A DNA stretch of 60,051 nt from Myxococcales bacterium (GCA_023248875.1 JAHFDT010000002.1:1-60051), one strand, 5' to 3'; numbered from the stretch's first letter, positions 1 to 11,904 are shown. Notes: generated by a model not told the origin, from the letters alone. Made by a program: numbers and translations.

Positions 1-23
1 CTCCCGAGGAGGAACCAATTCAA

Positions 24-1043
24 ATGATCCGAGTCGCGGTAGTCGGCTGTGGCTATTGGGGGCCCCATCTGGTGCGCAATTTTTCGGCGACTCCCGGGGT
101 GGAGGTGGCCTACGCCTGCGACCTCGACCCCGCGCGCCTGGAGGACATCGGTCGCCGCTATCGAGTGGCCCAGCTGACCGCTTCGATCGATCAGGTCTTG
201 GCCGATCCCGCCGTCGATGCAGTGGTCTTGGCCACACCCGTGGCGACCCATCGGCCGCTGGGCGAAGCCGCTCTGCGCGCCGGCAAGCATCTCTGGGTGG
301 AAAAGCCGCTCGCCCATCGCGTCGAGGACGCCGAGGCGCTGGTGGCACTCGCTCGGGAGCGCAACCGACGGCTGCTGGTCGACCACACCTTCATCTACAC
401 TCCACCGGTGCGAAAAATCCGCGAGCTCATTGCGGGGGGTGAGCTCGGCGAAGTCCTCTATTTCGACTCGGTGCGGGTCAACTTGGGGCTGTTTCAATCG
501 GATACCAACGTGCTGTGGGATTTGGGGCCGCACGATTTTTCCATCGCCGAGCACGTCCTCGGGCGAAGGGCGAAAGAGGTCTCCGCGATCGGTGTGCGCC
601 ACGTCGAAGGGGCCCATGAAAACATGGCCTACGTGACGCTACGCTACGAGGGCAATTTGGTGGGCCATTTCCATCTCAATTGGCTGGCGCCGGTCAAGGT
701 TCGCATGACCATGATCGGGGGCAGTCGCCGCATGGTGGTCTACGACGATCTAGGCACCGAGAAGGTCAAGGTCTATGACAAGGGGATCGACGTCGCGCAC
801 GTGGAGAGCGATCTCGAGGCGCGCCGCCGGGCTCTCGTCTCTTACCGGACCGGCGATGTCTGGACACCGCGGCTCGATATGACCGAAGGGCTGGCGGTGG
901 CGGCCCGCGATTTTGCTGCCGCGATCCGTGAGGAGCGGGCGCCGCTTTCGAGCGGCGAGACCGGCCTCAATGTGGTGCGTCTTTTGGCGGCCGCGCAGCA
1001 GTCGATTGAGCTGAACGGTCAGTTCGTGGCCATTCCGCAGTAG
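24..1043 (+). CDS. Gfo/Idh/MocA family NAD(P)-dependent oxidoreductase (sugar or sugar-nucleotide dehydrogenase-like)
   Basis: 339-aa ORF; N-terminal Rossmann motif IRVAVVGCGYWG and EKPLA motif typical of the family; GAGGAGG upstream of the ATG. Confidence 0.85.
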   Translation: MIRVAVVGCGYWGPHLVRNFSATPGVEVAYACDLDPARLEDIGRRYRVAQLTASIDQVLADPAVDAVVLATPVATHRPLGEAALRAGKHLWVEKPLAHRVEDAEALVALARERNRRLLVDHTFIYTPPVRKIRELIAGGELGEVLYFDSVRVNLGLFQSDTNVLWDLGPHDFSIAEHVLGRRAKEVSAIGVRHVEGAHENMAYVTLRYEGNLVGHFHLNWLAPVKVRMTMIGGSRRMVVYDDLGTEKVKVYDKGIDVAHVESDLEARRRALVSYRTGDVWTPRLDMTEGLAVAARDFAAAIREERAPLSSGETGLNVVRLLAAAQQSIELNGQFVAIPQ

Positions 1044-1049
1044 CTCTCT

Positions 1050-2198
1050 TTAGCCTGACAGCGGTCTAGTCCGGGCACCGAGCTGCTGGAGTACCCTCTC
1101 GGCGCGTGGGCGCGGAGGGATGAGTTCGAGGCGCAGTCCATCGAGTTCGCGCCGAACCGGATAGTGGGCACGGTAGCGTTGGAACCGCGCCGCGCGGTCG
1201 ATAGTGCGCACGAGTTCGCGCAGCGCGCGATCGTCCTCTTCGATATTGTAATAACGCCGCAGTACGAGAAGGATCGTACCGAGATCGTCGGATGCCCGGG
1301 TATCGATCGAAAGCGCACTACTGGGCGACCTCTCGGGAACCCACTGCGGTATCTGCTGGAGGTGGGCGCACGCGGCTCGATAGATGGCGAGGGTGCCAGC
1401 GACTTTACCGTTTTCCGAATAGCCCGCGATGTGCGGCGTGGCCAAATCGCACGCCTCGACCACTTCGGGAGCGATATCGGGTTCGTTTTCGAAGACGTCG
1501 AGCAGCAGGCCGCTGACCTGGGAGGCGCGACGAGCGGCGGCGAACGCATAGGTATCGACCACCGCACCGCGCGATGCGTTGATGACGATGGCCCCACGCC
1601 GTAGCTGAGCGATCTCTTTTTCGCCGAGGAGGTGGTGGGTAGCGTCTGGCCCCATCCGCTCGAGCGGCACGTGCAGTGTCACGAGGTCGCTCTCGGCCAG
1701 CAGCGTTTTCAGCTCCACGAACCCGTAGCTTCCTTCGCGGCGAGCGCGCGGTGGATCGCACAAGAGCACGCGGCAGCCAAGCGCCGCCGCCACTTCTGCC
1801 ACCCGGTGGCCGATCGCACCGACGCCGACCACGCCCACAGTCCAACCGGCGACATCGATCTCGCGCCGCTCTGCCCACGTGAGTAGCGCCGCGGTCCACC
1901 ACTGCAGTACCGATCCCGCATTCGCTCCGGGCGCAGCGGCCCAAGCAATATTGTGGGAGGCGAGCCATGTGGTCTCGAGGTGCTCGACGCCGGCGGTCGC
2001 AGTCGCCACGAAACGTACCCGACTCTCCCCGAGCAAGGCGGAGTTCACCTGAACGGTGGAACGCACCAGCAGGAGGTCCGCATCCCGGACGATTTCTGCG
2101 CAAATCTCCTCGGCGCGGAGGAGGACCACCTCTCCCAGGGACGAAAACGCTACCTTCGCATGAGAAATGGCGCGATCCGCGACGATTTTCAGAGGCAC
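1050..2198 (-). CDS. pdxB: 4-phosphoerythronate dehydrogenase-like D-2-hydroxyacid dehydrogenase
   Basis: 382-aa ORF; GVVGVGAIGHRVA NAD-binding motif; N-terminus and about 380-aa length with C-terminal extension resemble PdxB; GTG start. Confidence 0.7.
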   Translation of the reverse strand: MPLKIVADRAISHAKVAFSSLGEVVLLRAEEICAEIVRDADLLLVRSTVQVNSALLGESRVRFVATATAGVEHLETTWLASHNIAWAAAPGANAGSVLQWWTAALLTWAERREIDVAGWTVGVVGVGAIGHRVAEVAAALGCRVLLCDPPRARREGSYGFVELKTLLAESDLVTLHVPLERMGPDATHHLLGEKEIAQLRRGAIVINASRGAVVDTYAFAAARRASQVSGLLLDVFENEPDIAPEVVEACDLATPHIAGYSENGKVAGTLAIYRAACAHLQQIPQWVPERSPSSALSIDTRASDDLGTILLVLRRYYNIEEDDRALRELVRTIDRAARFQRYRAHYPVRRELDGLRLELIPPRPRAERVLQQLGARTRPLSG

Positions 2199-2208
2199 GC
2201 GCTAGACC

Positions 2209-2251
2209 CCTTTCAGGCTGAAATGGCAGTAGATCATTTCAACCTGAAAGG
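2209..2251. repeat. Hairpin with 17-nt arms (1 mismatch) and a 9-nt loop
   Basis: cctttcaggctgaaatg (2209-2225) is the reverse complement of catttcaacctgaaagg (2235-2251) apart from one position. Confidence 0.85.
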
Positions 2252-2254
2252 AGT

Positions 2255-2384
2255 CTACAGCGCGCTTCAGTTGCGTTGAGCGCGAGCGCCCCCGCAGCGA
2301 CCCGAGGGAGCGTACGTGGTAGGTACGTAACCGAGGGGAGCGAGGAGGTAAGCCGCGATTCAACGCAACTGAAGCGCGCTGTAG
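2255..2384. repeat. Perfect 25-bp inverted repeat enclosing an 80-nt spacer, abutting the cupin stop codon
   Basis: ctacagcgcgcttcagttgcgttga (2255-2279) is the exact reverse complement of tcaacgcaactgaagcgcgctgtag (2360-2384). Confidence 0.9.
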
Positions 2385-2386
2385 GT

Positions 2387-2731
2387 CTAGCTTCGGAGCA
2401 GTTGATCATCCGGCGAACACTCGATCACCAGCTCGCACCCCTCTGCTCCAGCGACGGATTCGCGATGGATGGTACCGGTCGCTGACTTGAGCACGTCGCC
2501 CGCGCGGAGGCGAACGCCATCCACGACCATCGACCCGCAGATGAGGTACATGACTTCGGTCCCCGCGTGCTGGTGCGCAAGGATACGGCCGGCGGGGCCC
2601 AGTCGCACCAGCTGCAGTCGGCGCCCGTTGGTTTCGTGGAGATCGAGCGCGCACAGTCCGGCGCCGACATCGCGCCAGCGGCGCTGGTCGACCGAAAAGA
2701 TTTCCTGCTTCGTTTCCGGTTTTTCGGCCAT
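2387..2731 (-). CDS. Cupin domain protein
   Basis: 114-aa ORF; beta-barrel cupin-like G-x-H-x-H region (RILAHQHAGTEVMYLICG) and small size. Confidence 0.7.
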   Translation of the reverse strand: MAEKPETKQEIFSVDQRRWRDVGAGLCALDLHETNGRRLQLVRLGPAGRILAHQHAGTEVMYLICGSMVVDGVRLRAGDVLKSATGTIHRESVAGAEGCELVIECSPDDQLLRS

Positions 2732-2798
2732 CGGTCCTTCCCAAAAGGAGGCTTAGTATACTATAATTAATTTTGTATAGGTGTGATCAGGGGGATCT

Positions 2799-3626
2799 AT
2801 GCGCTTGGGCCTATTTGGAATGGTGCTACTGGCGCTCGGTTGTGTCCCGGCACGTGACTTGACACCGGCAGGTGTTTCGCCCGATGAGGGCGCGCTGCCG
2901 GACCAGCTCATACCCGCTGACCTCGGAAGCGGGAACGACGCCGCTGGGCATGACGAGGGTGGGTGGGTCTGGCATGACGATGGCGGCTGGGGACACGACG
3001 ATGGCGGCTGGAGTTGGCCCGATGGTGGCTGGAGTTGGCCCGATGGAAACTGGGCAAGCGACGGCGGCGGCTGGGCAAGCGACGGCGGCGGCTGGGCAAG
3101 CGACGGCGGCGGCTGGGCAAGCGACGGCGGCGGCTGGTACAGCGACGGGAACGGATACGGCGACGGGAGCGGGTTCGGCGACGGGAGCGGATTCGGCGAC
3201 GGGAACGGATACGGCGACGGGAGCGGGTTCGGCGACGGGAGCGGATTCGGCGATGGCGGCTGGTACTGGAACGGCGACGGCGGCGGGTGGTCCAGCGATG
3301 GGGGCAGCTGGTCTGGGGACGGAGGCGGAAGCGGGTCCGGCGATGCGGGGGGCGGTGGCGACGGTGCGGCAGCGCCCACCTGTAGCTTGAGCGTTACACC
3401 ACCGAGCGGTAACTTGAGTCAAATATTTGCCTTCCTCTGGAGTTCGACCAACGCGAACTCCTGCGCCTTTTGGATCGATAATGCTGCCCCAATGGCGGGT
3501 CCCTGTTCGGGGAGTGGCTCTCAACCTGGCAACCAGCTCGGTGTGGGGACCCACGTCGCTCACTTCACCGCCAGCGGTGCGGGTGGCAGCGCCTCCTGCA
3601 TGTTCACGTTGGTCGTCACCCAATAG
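2799..3626 (+). CDS. Secreted repeat lipoprotein (Trp/Gly/Asp/Ser repeats plus C-terminal Cys-containing beta-rich domain)
   Basis: Signal peptide with lipobox LALGC; repeats GGWSWPD x2, WASDGGG x4 and GNGYGDGSGFGDGSGFGD x2; AGGGGG SD upstream of the ATG. Confidence 0.8.
   Translation: MRLGLFGMVLLALGCVPARDLTPAGVSPDEGALPDQLIPADLGSGNDAAGHDEGGWVWHDDGGWGHDDGGWSWPDGGWSWPDGNWASDGGGWASDGGGWASDGGGWASDGGGWYSDGNGYGDGSGFGDGSGFGDGNGYGDGSGFGDGSGFGDGGWYWNGDGGGWSSDGGSWSGDGGGSGSGDAGGGGDGAAAPTCSLSVTPPSGNLSQIFAFLWSSTNANSCAFWIDNAAPMAGPCSGSGSQPGNQLGVGTHVAHFTASGAGGSASCMFTLVVTQ
2998..3253 (+). repeat. In-frame perfect tandem repeats inside the lipoprotein gene (21-bp unit x2, 21-bp unit x4 at 3051-3134, 54-bp unit x2 at 3147-3253)
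   Basis: tgggcaagcgacggcggcggc is repeated 4 times without mismatch; the 54-bp unit starting gggaacggatacggcgac recurs at 3147 and 3201. Confidence 0.9.
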
Positions 3627-3708
3627 ACCCTCGCTGCCCAATCTTGGGCAGCGCAGCCAGGACCACGACTCGACGGACCCACCAGGATTGGCTACCCTGC
3701 CAAACCTC

Positions 3709-6913
<3,205 letters not shown>

Positions 6914-6921
<8 letters not shown>

Positions 6922-7564
6922 GCTCCACCTACCCCCGCGGGGAGCGCTCTCTCCCAACAACGCCGTCGACCCCAACAAGTACTACTACATGCCACTGGTG
7001 GGTCGGATGTTCCGCGCGCGCATCAACCTGGGGCTGCGACTGCTGCCGCGGCGGCCCGGTCGCCTGCTGGAAATCGGCTATGGCAGTGGGCTGCTCCTGC
7101 CCACGTTGACGGCGCTAGCCGACCGGGTAGACGGTGTCGATCTCGTCTCGCGTCCCACCGAGGTTCGAGCCGCGCTTGCCCGACTCGGCGTCTCGGTCGG
7201 TGAACTGATCCAGAGTGATGTTTGTGCGATGCCCTTTGCGGATGGCCGCTACGATGTCGTGGTTGCCTTTTCCATCTTCGAGCACTTAAAAGCGCTCGAG
7301 CTCGAGCGAGCCCTGGCGGAGACGCGCCGTGTGCTGCGCCCGGGCGGGATGCTACTCGTCGGTTGCCCAGCCGTGCACAAGGGGATGAACCTGGCCTTTG
7401 CTGCGATCGGCTTTCACGGGATCGACGAGCACCATTTCAGCTCGATCCACGACGTGTTGTCGGCCTGTCTGGGGCGGTTCACCGTGGAGCGCCAGGCCAC
7501 GTGGCCGCGCGGGATGCCGCTGGGACTTGCGCCCTATGGGGCGGTCCTGCTACGCAAGCAGTAA
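6914..7564 (+). CDS. Class I SAM-dependent methyltransferase
   Basis: 216 aa; motif [10 protein letters not shown] and acidic loop VDGVD; 8-nt overlap with gmd. Confidence 0.8.
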
Positions 7565-7579
7565 TCCGTCGAGGCGACC

Positions 7580-9052
7580 ATGGGTGAGGCGAATCAGCAA
7601 GCGGGCAGCGACTATTCGCAGCGGGAACAGGCAACGCGGGCGGCCCATGTGGCAGCGCTCGATGCGCTCGCGGCGCAGCGGAACCATTGGCGCAAAAAGA
7701 ATGGTTTCTATTACCGGTCGATCGAGGAGCTGGCTCGCTTTGTGATCCCGCCGGGGGCGCGCGTGCTCGAAATCGGCTGCGGCACCGGCGACCTTCTGGC
7801 CGCCCTCCAACCGGCGGAGGGCGTAGGCATCGATATCGCGCCGCGCATGATCGAGCGCGCGCGGGAGAAGCACCCCCATCTCCGCTTCATCGTCGATGAC
7901 GCGGAGCGACTCGAAGCCCCTGAACTCCACGGCAGGACCTTCGACTACATCGTGCTCAGCGATGTGGTCGGCCAGCTGATCGATGTCTGGGCGGCGTTTC
8001 GTGCGCTCCGACGGGTCGCCCATCCGCGTACGCGCATTCTGGTGACCTACTACAACTTCGTCTGGGAGCCGATTTTGCGCCTCGGCGAACGGCTCGGGCG
8101 GAAGATGCCCATCCGCCAGCAGAACTGGCTTGGAATGGCAGACCTCCGGAACTTGCTCGAGCTGTGCCATTTCGAGGTGATCCGCTCGGGCACGGCGACA
8201 CTGGTGCCCGTCGAGTTGCCCCTGGCGCGGCTCGTCAACCGCTACCTCGCGCGCGCGCCGCTCTTGCGCCACTTCGCATTGACGCAGTTCTTCGTCGCAC
8301 GGCTCGCCCACGGCGGAGGTCCCATTCCCGAGCGCGAATACTCCTGCTCGGTGGTCGTGCCCTGCAAGAACGAGTGCGGGAATATCGACGATATCGTCGC
8401 GCGCACGCCCCACATGGGACGCGCAACCGAGCTGGTGTTCGTCGATGGCAATTCGGACGATGGCACCGTAGAGGCGATCGAGAACCATCTCGACAAACCC
8501 TGGGTAAAGCTCGTCCCCCAGGGCGACGGGCGCGGCAAAGGCGATGCAGTACGCAAAGGCTTTGCGGCTGCGTCCAACGAGCTGCTGTTCATTTTGGACG
8601 CCGATCTCACCGTGCCGCCCGAAGATCTACCGAAATTCTACGCGGCCATCGCGGAGGGCAAGGGCGAGTTCATCAATGGCTCGCGGCTGGTCTATCCCAT
8701 GGAGGGCCAGGCGATGCGCTTCCTCAACCTCCTGGGAAACAAGTTTTTCGGCGCCGCTCTATCGGCGATCTTGGAGCAGCGCCTCAAGGATACGCTGTGC
8801 GGCACCAAAGTGCTGCTCAAGCGGGATTATCAACGGATCGCCAATGCCCGCAGCTTCTTTGGCGACTTCGACCCCTTTGGCGATTTCGACCTACTTTTTG
8901 GTGCCGCCAAACAGAATCTCAAGATCCTGGAGATGCCGATCCGCTATCGCGACCGCACCTATGGCGAGACCAAAATCAGCCGTTTCCGCCACGGCTGGCT
9001 GCTCGGCCAGATGACGCTGCACGCCTGGCGTAAGTTCCGCCAAGCGTATTAA
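7580..9052 (+). CDS. Fusion protein: N-terminal SAM methyltransferase plus C-terminal GT2 (Dpm1/GtrB-like polyprenol-phosphate glycosyltransferase)
   Basis: VLEIGCGTGDL motif in the N-terminal half; the C-terminal half has VVVPCKNE...VFVDGNSDDGT...LDADL and GETKISRFRHG, typical of Dpm1-like GT2 enzymes. Confidence 0.8.
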   Translation: MGEANQQAGSDYSQREQATRAAHVAALDALAAQRNHWRKKNGFYYRSIEELARFVIPPGARVLEIGCGTGDLLAALQPAEGVGIDIAPRMIERAREKHPHLRFIVDDAERLEAPELHGRTFDYIVLSDVVGQLIDVWAAFRALRRVAHPRTRILVTYYNFVWEPILRLGERLGRKMPIRQQNWLGMADLRNLLELCHFEVIRSGTATLVPVELPLARLVNRYLARAPLLRHFALTQFFVARLAHGGGPIPEREYSCSVVVPCKNECGNIDDIVARTPHMGRATELVFVDGNSDDGTVEAIENHLDKPWVKLVPQGDGRGKGDAVRKGFAAASNELLFILDADLTVPPEDLPKFYAAIAEGKGEFINGSRLVYPMEGQAMRFLNLLGNKFFGAALSAILEQRLKDTLCGTKVLLKRDYQRIANARSFFGDFDPFGDFDLLFGAAKQNLKILEMPIRYRDRTYGETKISRFRHGWLLGQMTLHAWRKFRQAY

Positions 9053-9058
9053 TCCCAC

Positions 9059-9290
9059 GGATCAGTTAGGTAGACGCAGAAATCGACCTTCGACTATCGA
9101 CCTTCGAGAGATCGAACTGTCGATCTGATCGAAAGATCGAGAGTCGAAGGTCAATCGCCTCCTCTGCGGCCACTGGATCAGTTAGGTAGACGCAGAAATC
9201 GACCTTCGACTATCGACCATCGAGAGATCGAACTGTCGATCTGATCGAAAGATCGAGAGTCGATGGCCAATCGCCTCCTCTGCGGCCACT
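9059..9290. repeat. Tandem direct duplication of a 116-bp structured element (copies 9059-9174 and 9175-9290, 3 differences)
   Basis: Head-to-tail copies; each holds nested stems (gaccttcga/tcgaaggtc, and agatcga-actg-tcgatct); differences are at 9103/9219, 9148/9264 and 9151/9267. Confidence 0.9.
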
Positions 9291-9295
9291 GAGCG

Positions 9296-9322
9296 CGGGC
9301 CCCCTCGGCAAGCGAGGGGCCC
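9296..9322 (+). terminator. GC-rich stem-loop (possible terminator or attenuator after the GT2 operon)
   Basis: gggccccctcg gcaag cgaggggccc; no clear U-tract. Confidence 0.35.
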
Positions 9323-9349
9323 GTGCTCGGGCCTCCAAGGAGGCTCCCG

Positions 9350-9682
9350 ATGAACTACCGAACCACTCGCATCTATCTTCGGTCACTCGAACTGATCGAC
9401 TTCGTGGCTCGAACTCTGCGCAGTCTGCCGCCCGGCTACGGCTTCTTAGCCGATCAGCTCCGTCGGGCGGCTGCATCGGTGCCGCTCAACTATCTCGAAG
9501 GCTGCGGTCGATCCGGCGCTGCTGAACGGCGGCGATTCTTCTCGATTGCAAGCGGGTCCGCTCACGAGGTTGCAGGCACTCTCGATGTCATGCACCGCTT
9601 CGGAGTCCTGAGTCCGACCGAGCGCACCCTCGGACACGACCTGTGCGATCACCTCGTCGCGATGCTGCGTCGCTTTCGGTAA
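9350..9682 (+). CDS. Four-helix-bundle protein (23S rRNA intervening-sequence protein / Avd-like family)
   Basis: MNYRTTRIYLRSLELIDFV...LADQLRRAAASVPLNYLEG...SGSAHEVAGTLDV is typical of the family; AAGGAGG SD precedes ATG 9350 (ORF-track start 9323 is less likely). Confidence 0.85.
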   Translation: MNYRTTRIYLRSLELIDFVARTLRSLPPGYGFLADQLRRAAASVPLNYLEGCGRSGAAERRRFFSIASGSAHEVAGTLDVMHRFGVLSPTERTLGHDLCDHLVAMLRRFR

Positions 9683-9809
9683 TCGGCGTGATGAAACCAG
9701 GCCACCAGATGACTCGGCGTGACTCGCCACCTCGCCGCATAAGCGACGCATCTGAGCGCGATCCGTGTTCGGGGAGCTGCTTGCTTGAGTCGCATGCGTG
9801 AGTCAGGAA

Positions 9810-10028
9810 CTATTCGGGGTTCGATCGAACCCTCGAACGGCTTCGCAAACCGAAGAAAAGTGCAATCGAACCCAAGATGAGCATCCCATCTCCGACATGG
9901 CAACAAGGGATCCCCATCCACACCCATCTTTCGGGCCCGATGCGGTCGACAATTGCCAGTATTGCTCCTGCAATCAACAGGATGATTGCCCCCTGAGTCA
10001 GCGACAGTTCAGTACTTGGCTCAGCCAT
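9810..10028 (-). CDS. Small two-TM membrane protein (hypothetical)
   Basis: 72 aa from the internal ATG, preceded by a GGGAGG SD; two hydrophobic helices; sits in a lower-GC stretch. Confidence 0.45.
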   Translation of the reverse strand: MAEPSTELSLTQGAIILLIAGAILAIVDRIGPERWVWMGIPCCHVGDGMLILGSIALFFGLRSRSRVRSNPE

Positions 10029-10181
10029 CTCTCGATTCCTCCCTTGCCTATGGAGACTACCCCCAGAGGCTCCCCTGAGGGACTCCCCTGTCAATGAGTC
10101 CAAGATCACGGCATCGATTTTATGATTGAGCCCTGACCAGAATTTTTGTACAAGGCTTCGTTGGTAAGTGGAGAAACCGCG

Positions 10182-10606
10182 ATGGAGGTCGGAAAAAAAT
10201 CGCACTCGGTGTCGTTGCGGGTTGTCTTGTCGTTCTGGGCGGTGTGATGGTCCTGGCAGTGGTTCTCAACCAACATGAGGCCAGTGAAATGGCGCGCAGC
10301 GGGGTTCGTGTTACCGCGATCGTCAAAGACAAATACACCCGTAAAGAGCAAATCAAGCGTCGGCAAGAACAAATTCACTCCTGCTTCATCGTCGAATTCC
10401 AGACCGAAGATGGAAAAACCGGAGACGCCGTCTCCTGCGACAGAGGCATCGATCAGATATTTGACAGAACGAAAACTGGCGATCAGATACGAATCGTTTA
10501 CAAGACCGAAGACCTGACACCAGAGGGCAACCGCGTAAAGCTTGCGGACTTCATGCTCGAAGATTGGGCAGACGAAAAACTCACATCCTTCAAAGGCCCT
10601 TCATAA
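10182..10606 (+). pseudogene. DUF3592-like membrane-anchored protein, apparently frameshifted at an A7 tract (alternatively a truncated CDS from GTG 10244)
   Basis: ATG 10182 with a GGAG SD reads MEVGKK, then leaves the frame at aaaaaaa (10193-10199); the other frame continues IALGVVAGCLVVLGGVMVLAVVLN (a TM helix) plus a domain with GDQIRIVYKTEDL. Confidence 0.5.
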
Positions 10607-10622
10607 TCTACGGCACCAGACC

Positions 10623-11180
10623 CTAAACTTCCATAATCTCCGCCTCTTTTTTGGCGATGATCTCATCCACCTTGGCGACGGCCTTGTCGATCGCCGCCTG
10701 CATCTTGGTCAGGCCGGTTTTGGCAGCATCCTCGGACACATCGCCATCCTTCTCGAGCTGCTCGAGCATCTCCTTGCAGTCGCGCCGCTGTCCGCGGATC
10801 GCCACCTTTGAGTCCTCACCGATGCGTTTGACCACCTTCGAGAGATCGCGGCGCCGCTCGGTGGTAAGCGCCGGAATGGGCAGTCGCACCAGCTCGCCAT
10901 CGGACGAAGGATTGAGCCCGAGGTCAGCCTTGCGGATCGATTGCTCGATCTCGGAGCAGAGCTTCTTTTCCCAAGGCTTGATGGTGATGAGGCGCGGGTC
11001 GGCCACCGCCAGCGATGCCACCTGGTTGAGCGGCGTCATCGTGCCGTAGTATTCGACCCGCACGCCATCGAGTAGCGCCAAATTCGCGCGGCCAGTGCGC
11101 ACCTTGCTGAGCTCGCGCTTGAGTGACTCGAGCGCGCCGGCGATCCCCGAATCCAAGTCCTTGAGTACGTCATCCACCAT
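10623..11180 (-). CDS. frr: Ribosome recycling factor
   Basis: 185 aa; [27 protein letters not shown]...ITIKPWEK. Confidence 0.95.
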   Translation of the reverse strand: MVDDVLKDLDSGIAGALESLKRELSKVRTGRANLALLDGVRVEYYGTMTPLNQVASLAVADPRLITIKPWEKKLCSEIEQSIRKADLGLNPSSDGELVRLPIPALTTERRRDLSKVVKRIGEDSKVAIRGQRRDCKEMLEQLEKDGDVSEDAAKTGLTKMQAAIDKAVAKVDEIIAKKEAEIMEV

Positions 11181-11901
11181 GGCTCTGCTCCTCCGAAACT
11201 AGCGTGCCGATCGGTTCGCCCATCACCACGCGCCGAATATTTCCCTGCTGCCGTAGATCGAATACCAGGATCGCCAGCCGATTGTCTCGGCACAGCGAAA
11301 TTGCCGTCGAGTCCATCACCTGCAAATCGCGCTGTAACACATCGAGGTAGGAGAGGCGATCAAAGCGCTTGGCGTCGGGGAACTTCTTGGGATCCTTGTC
11401 GTAGACACCATCGACTCGCGTCGCCTTGAGCAGCACATCGGCGTGGATCTCCATCGCCCGCAGCGATGCCGCCGTATCGGTCGTGAAGTAGGGATTGCCG
11501 GTGCCGCCCGCGAAGATCACGATGCGCCGCTTCTCGAGATGGCGCATCGCTCGGCGACGGATATACCCCTCCGCCACCTCGCGGATTTCGATCGCCGACT
11601 GCACGCGCGTCGCCACGTCGCGCCGCTCGAGCGCATCCTGCATCGCCAGCGAATTCATCACCGTCGCCAGCATGCCCATGTAGTCGGCCGACGCCCGGTC
11701 CATCCCCTGCGAGGCCGCCTTGAGCCCGCGGAAGATATTGCCCCCGCCGATCACCAGCGCCACTTCGACGCCAAGCTCGTGAACCTCCTTCACCTCGGCC
11801 GCAATACGCTCGAGTGTCGTCCCATCGATGCCATAATTGCCCTCGCCCATGAGGGCCTCGCCCGACAGCTTGAGGAGGATGCGGCGGTATTTAGGGACCA
11901 C
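11170..11901 (-). CDS. pyrH: UMP kinase
   Basis: 243 aa; [13 protein letters not shown]...[10 protein letters not shown]...[18 protein letters not shown]. Confidence 0.95.
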   Translation of the reverse strand: MVPKYRRILLKLSGEALMGEGNYGIDGTTLERIAAEVKEVHELGVEVALVIGGGNIFRGLKAASQGMDRASADYMGMLATVMNSLAMQDALERRDVATRVQSAIEIREVAEGYIRRRAMRHLEKRRIVIFAGGTGNPYFTTDTAASLRAMEIHADVLLKATRVDGVYDKDPKKFPDAKRFDRLSYLDVLQRDLQVMDSTAISLCRDNRLAILVFDLRQQGNIRRVVMGEPIGTLVSEEQSHGG

Positions 11902-11904
11902 GAC

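Noticed and set aside
2753-3379. 208-aa Pro/Ser-rich minus-strand ORF (PSPNPLPSP repeats)
   Set aside because: It is the antisense reading of the tandem-repeat region of the plus-strand lipoprotein gene. That gene has a lipobox signal, an SD and an operon context, whereas the minus ORF has no start context.
9059-9290. CRISPR array
   Set aside because: There are only two directly abutting 116-bp copies with no spacers. The unit length is far above CRISPR repeat size, and no cas genes are in the window. No other regularly spaced short repeats were seen.
9059-9682. Diversity-generating retroelement (Avd-like gene plus two near-identical repeats as TR/VR)
   Set aside because: No reverse transcriptase gene lies anywhere near. 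The repeats are head-to-tail and non-coding rather than one sitting at the 3-prime end of a target gene. The three differences (T/A, A/T, T/C) are not the adenine-specific pattern of DGR mutagenesis.
9810-9845. GGTTCGATCGAACC near-palindrome as a tRNA T-arm or tRNA fragment
   Set aside because: No acceptor, D or anticodon arms can be drawn around it. It lies within the 3-prime end of the small membrane-protein ORF. No tRNA-like cloverleaf was found in any intergenic region.
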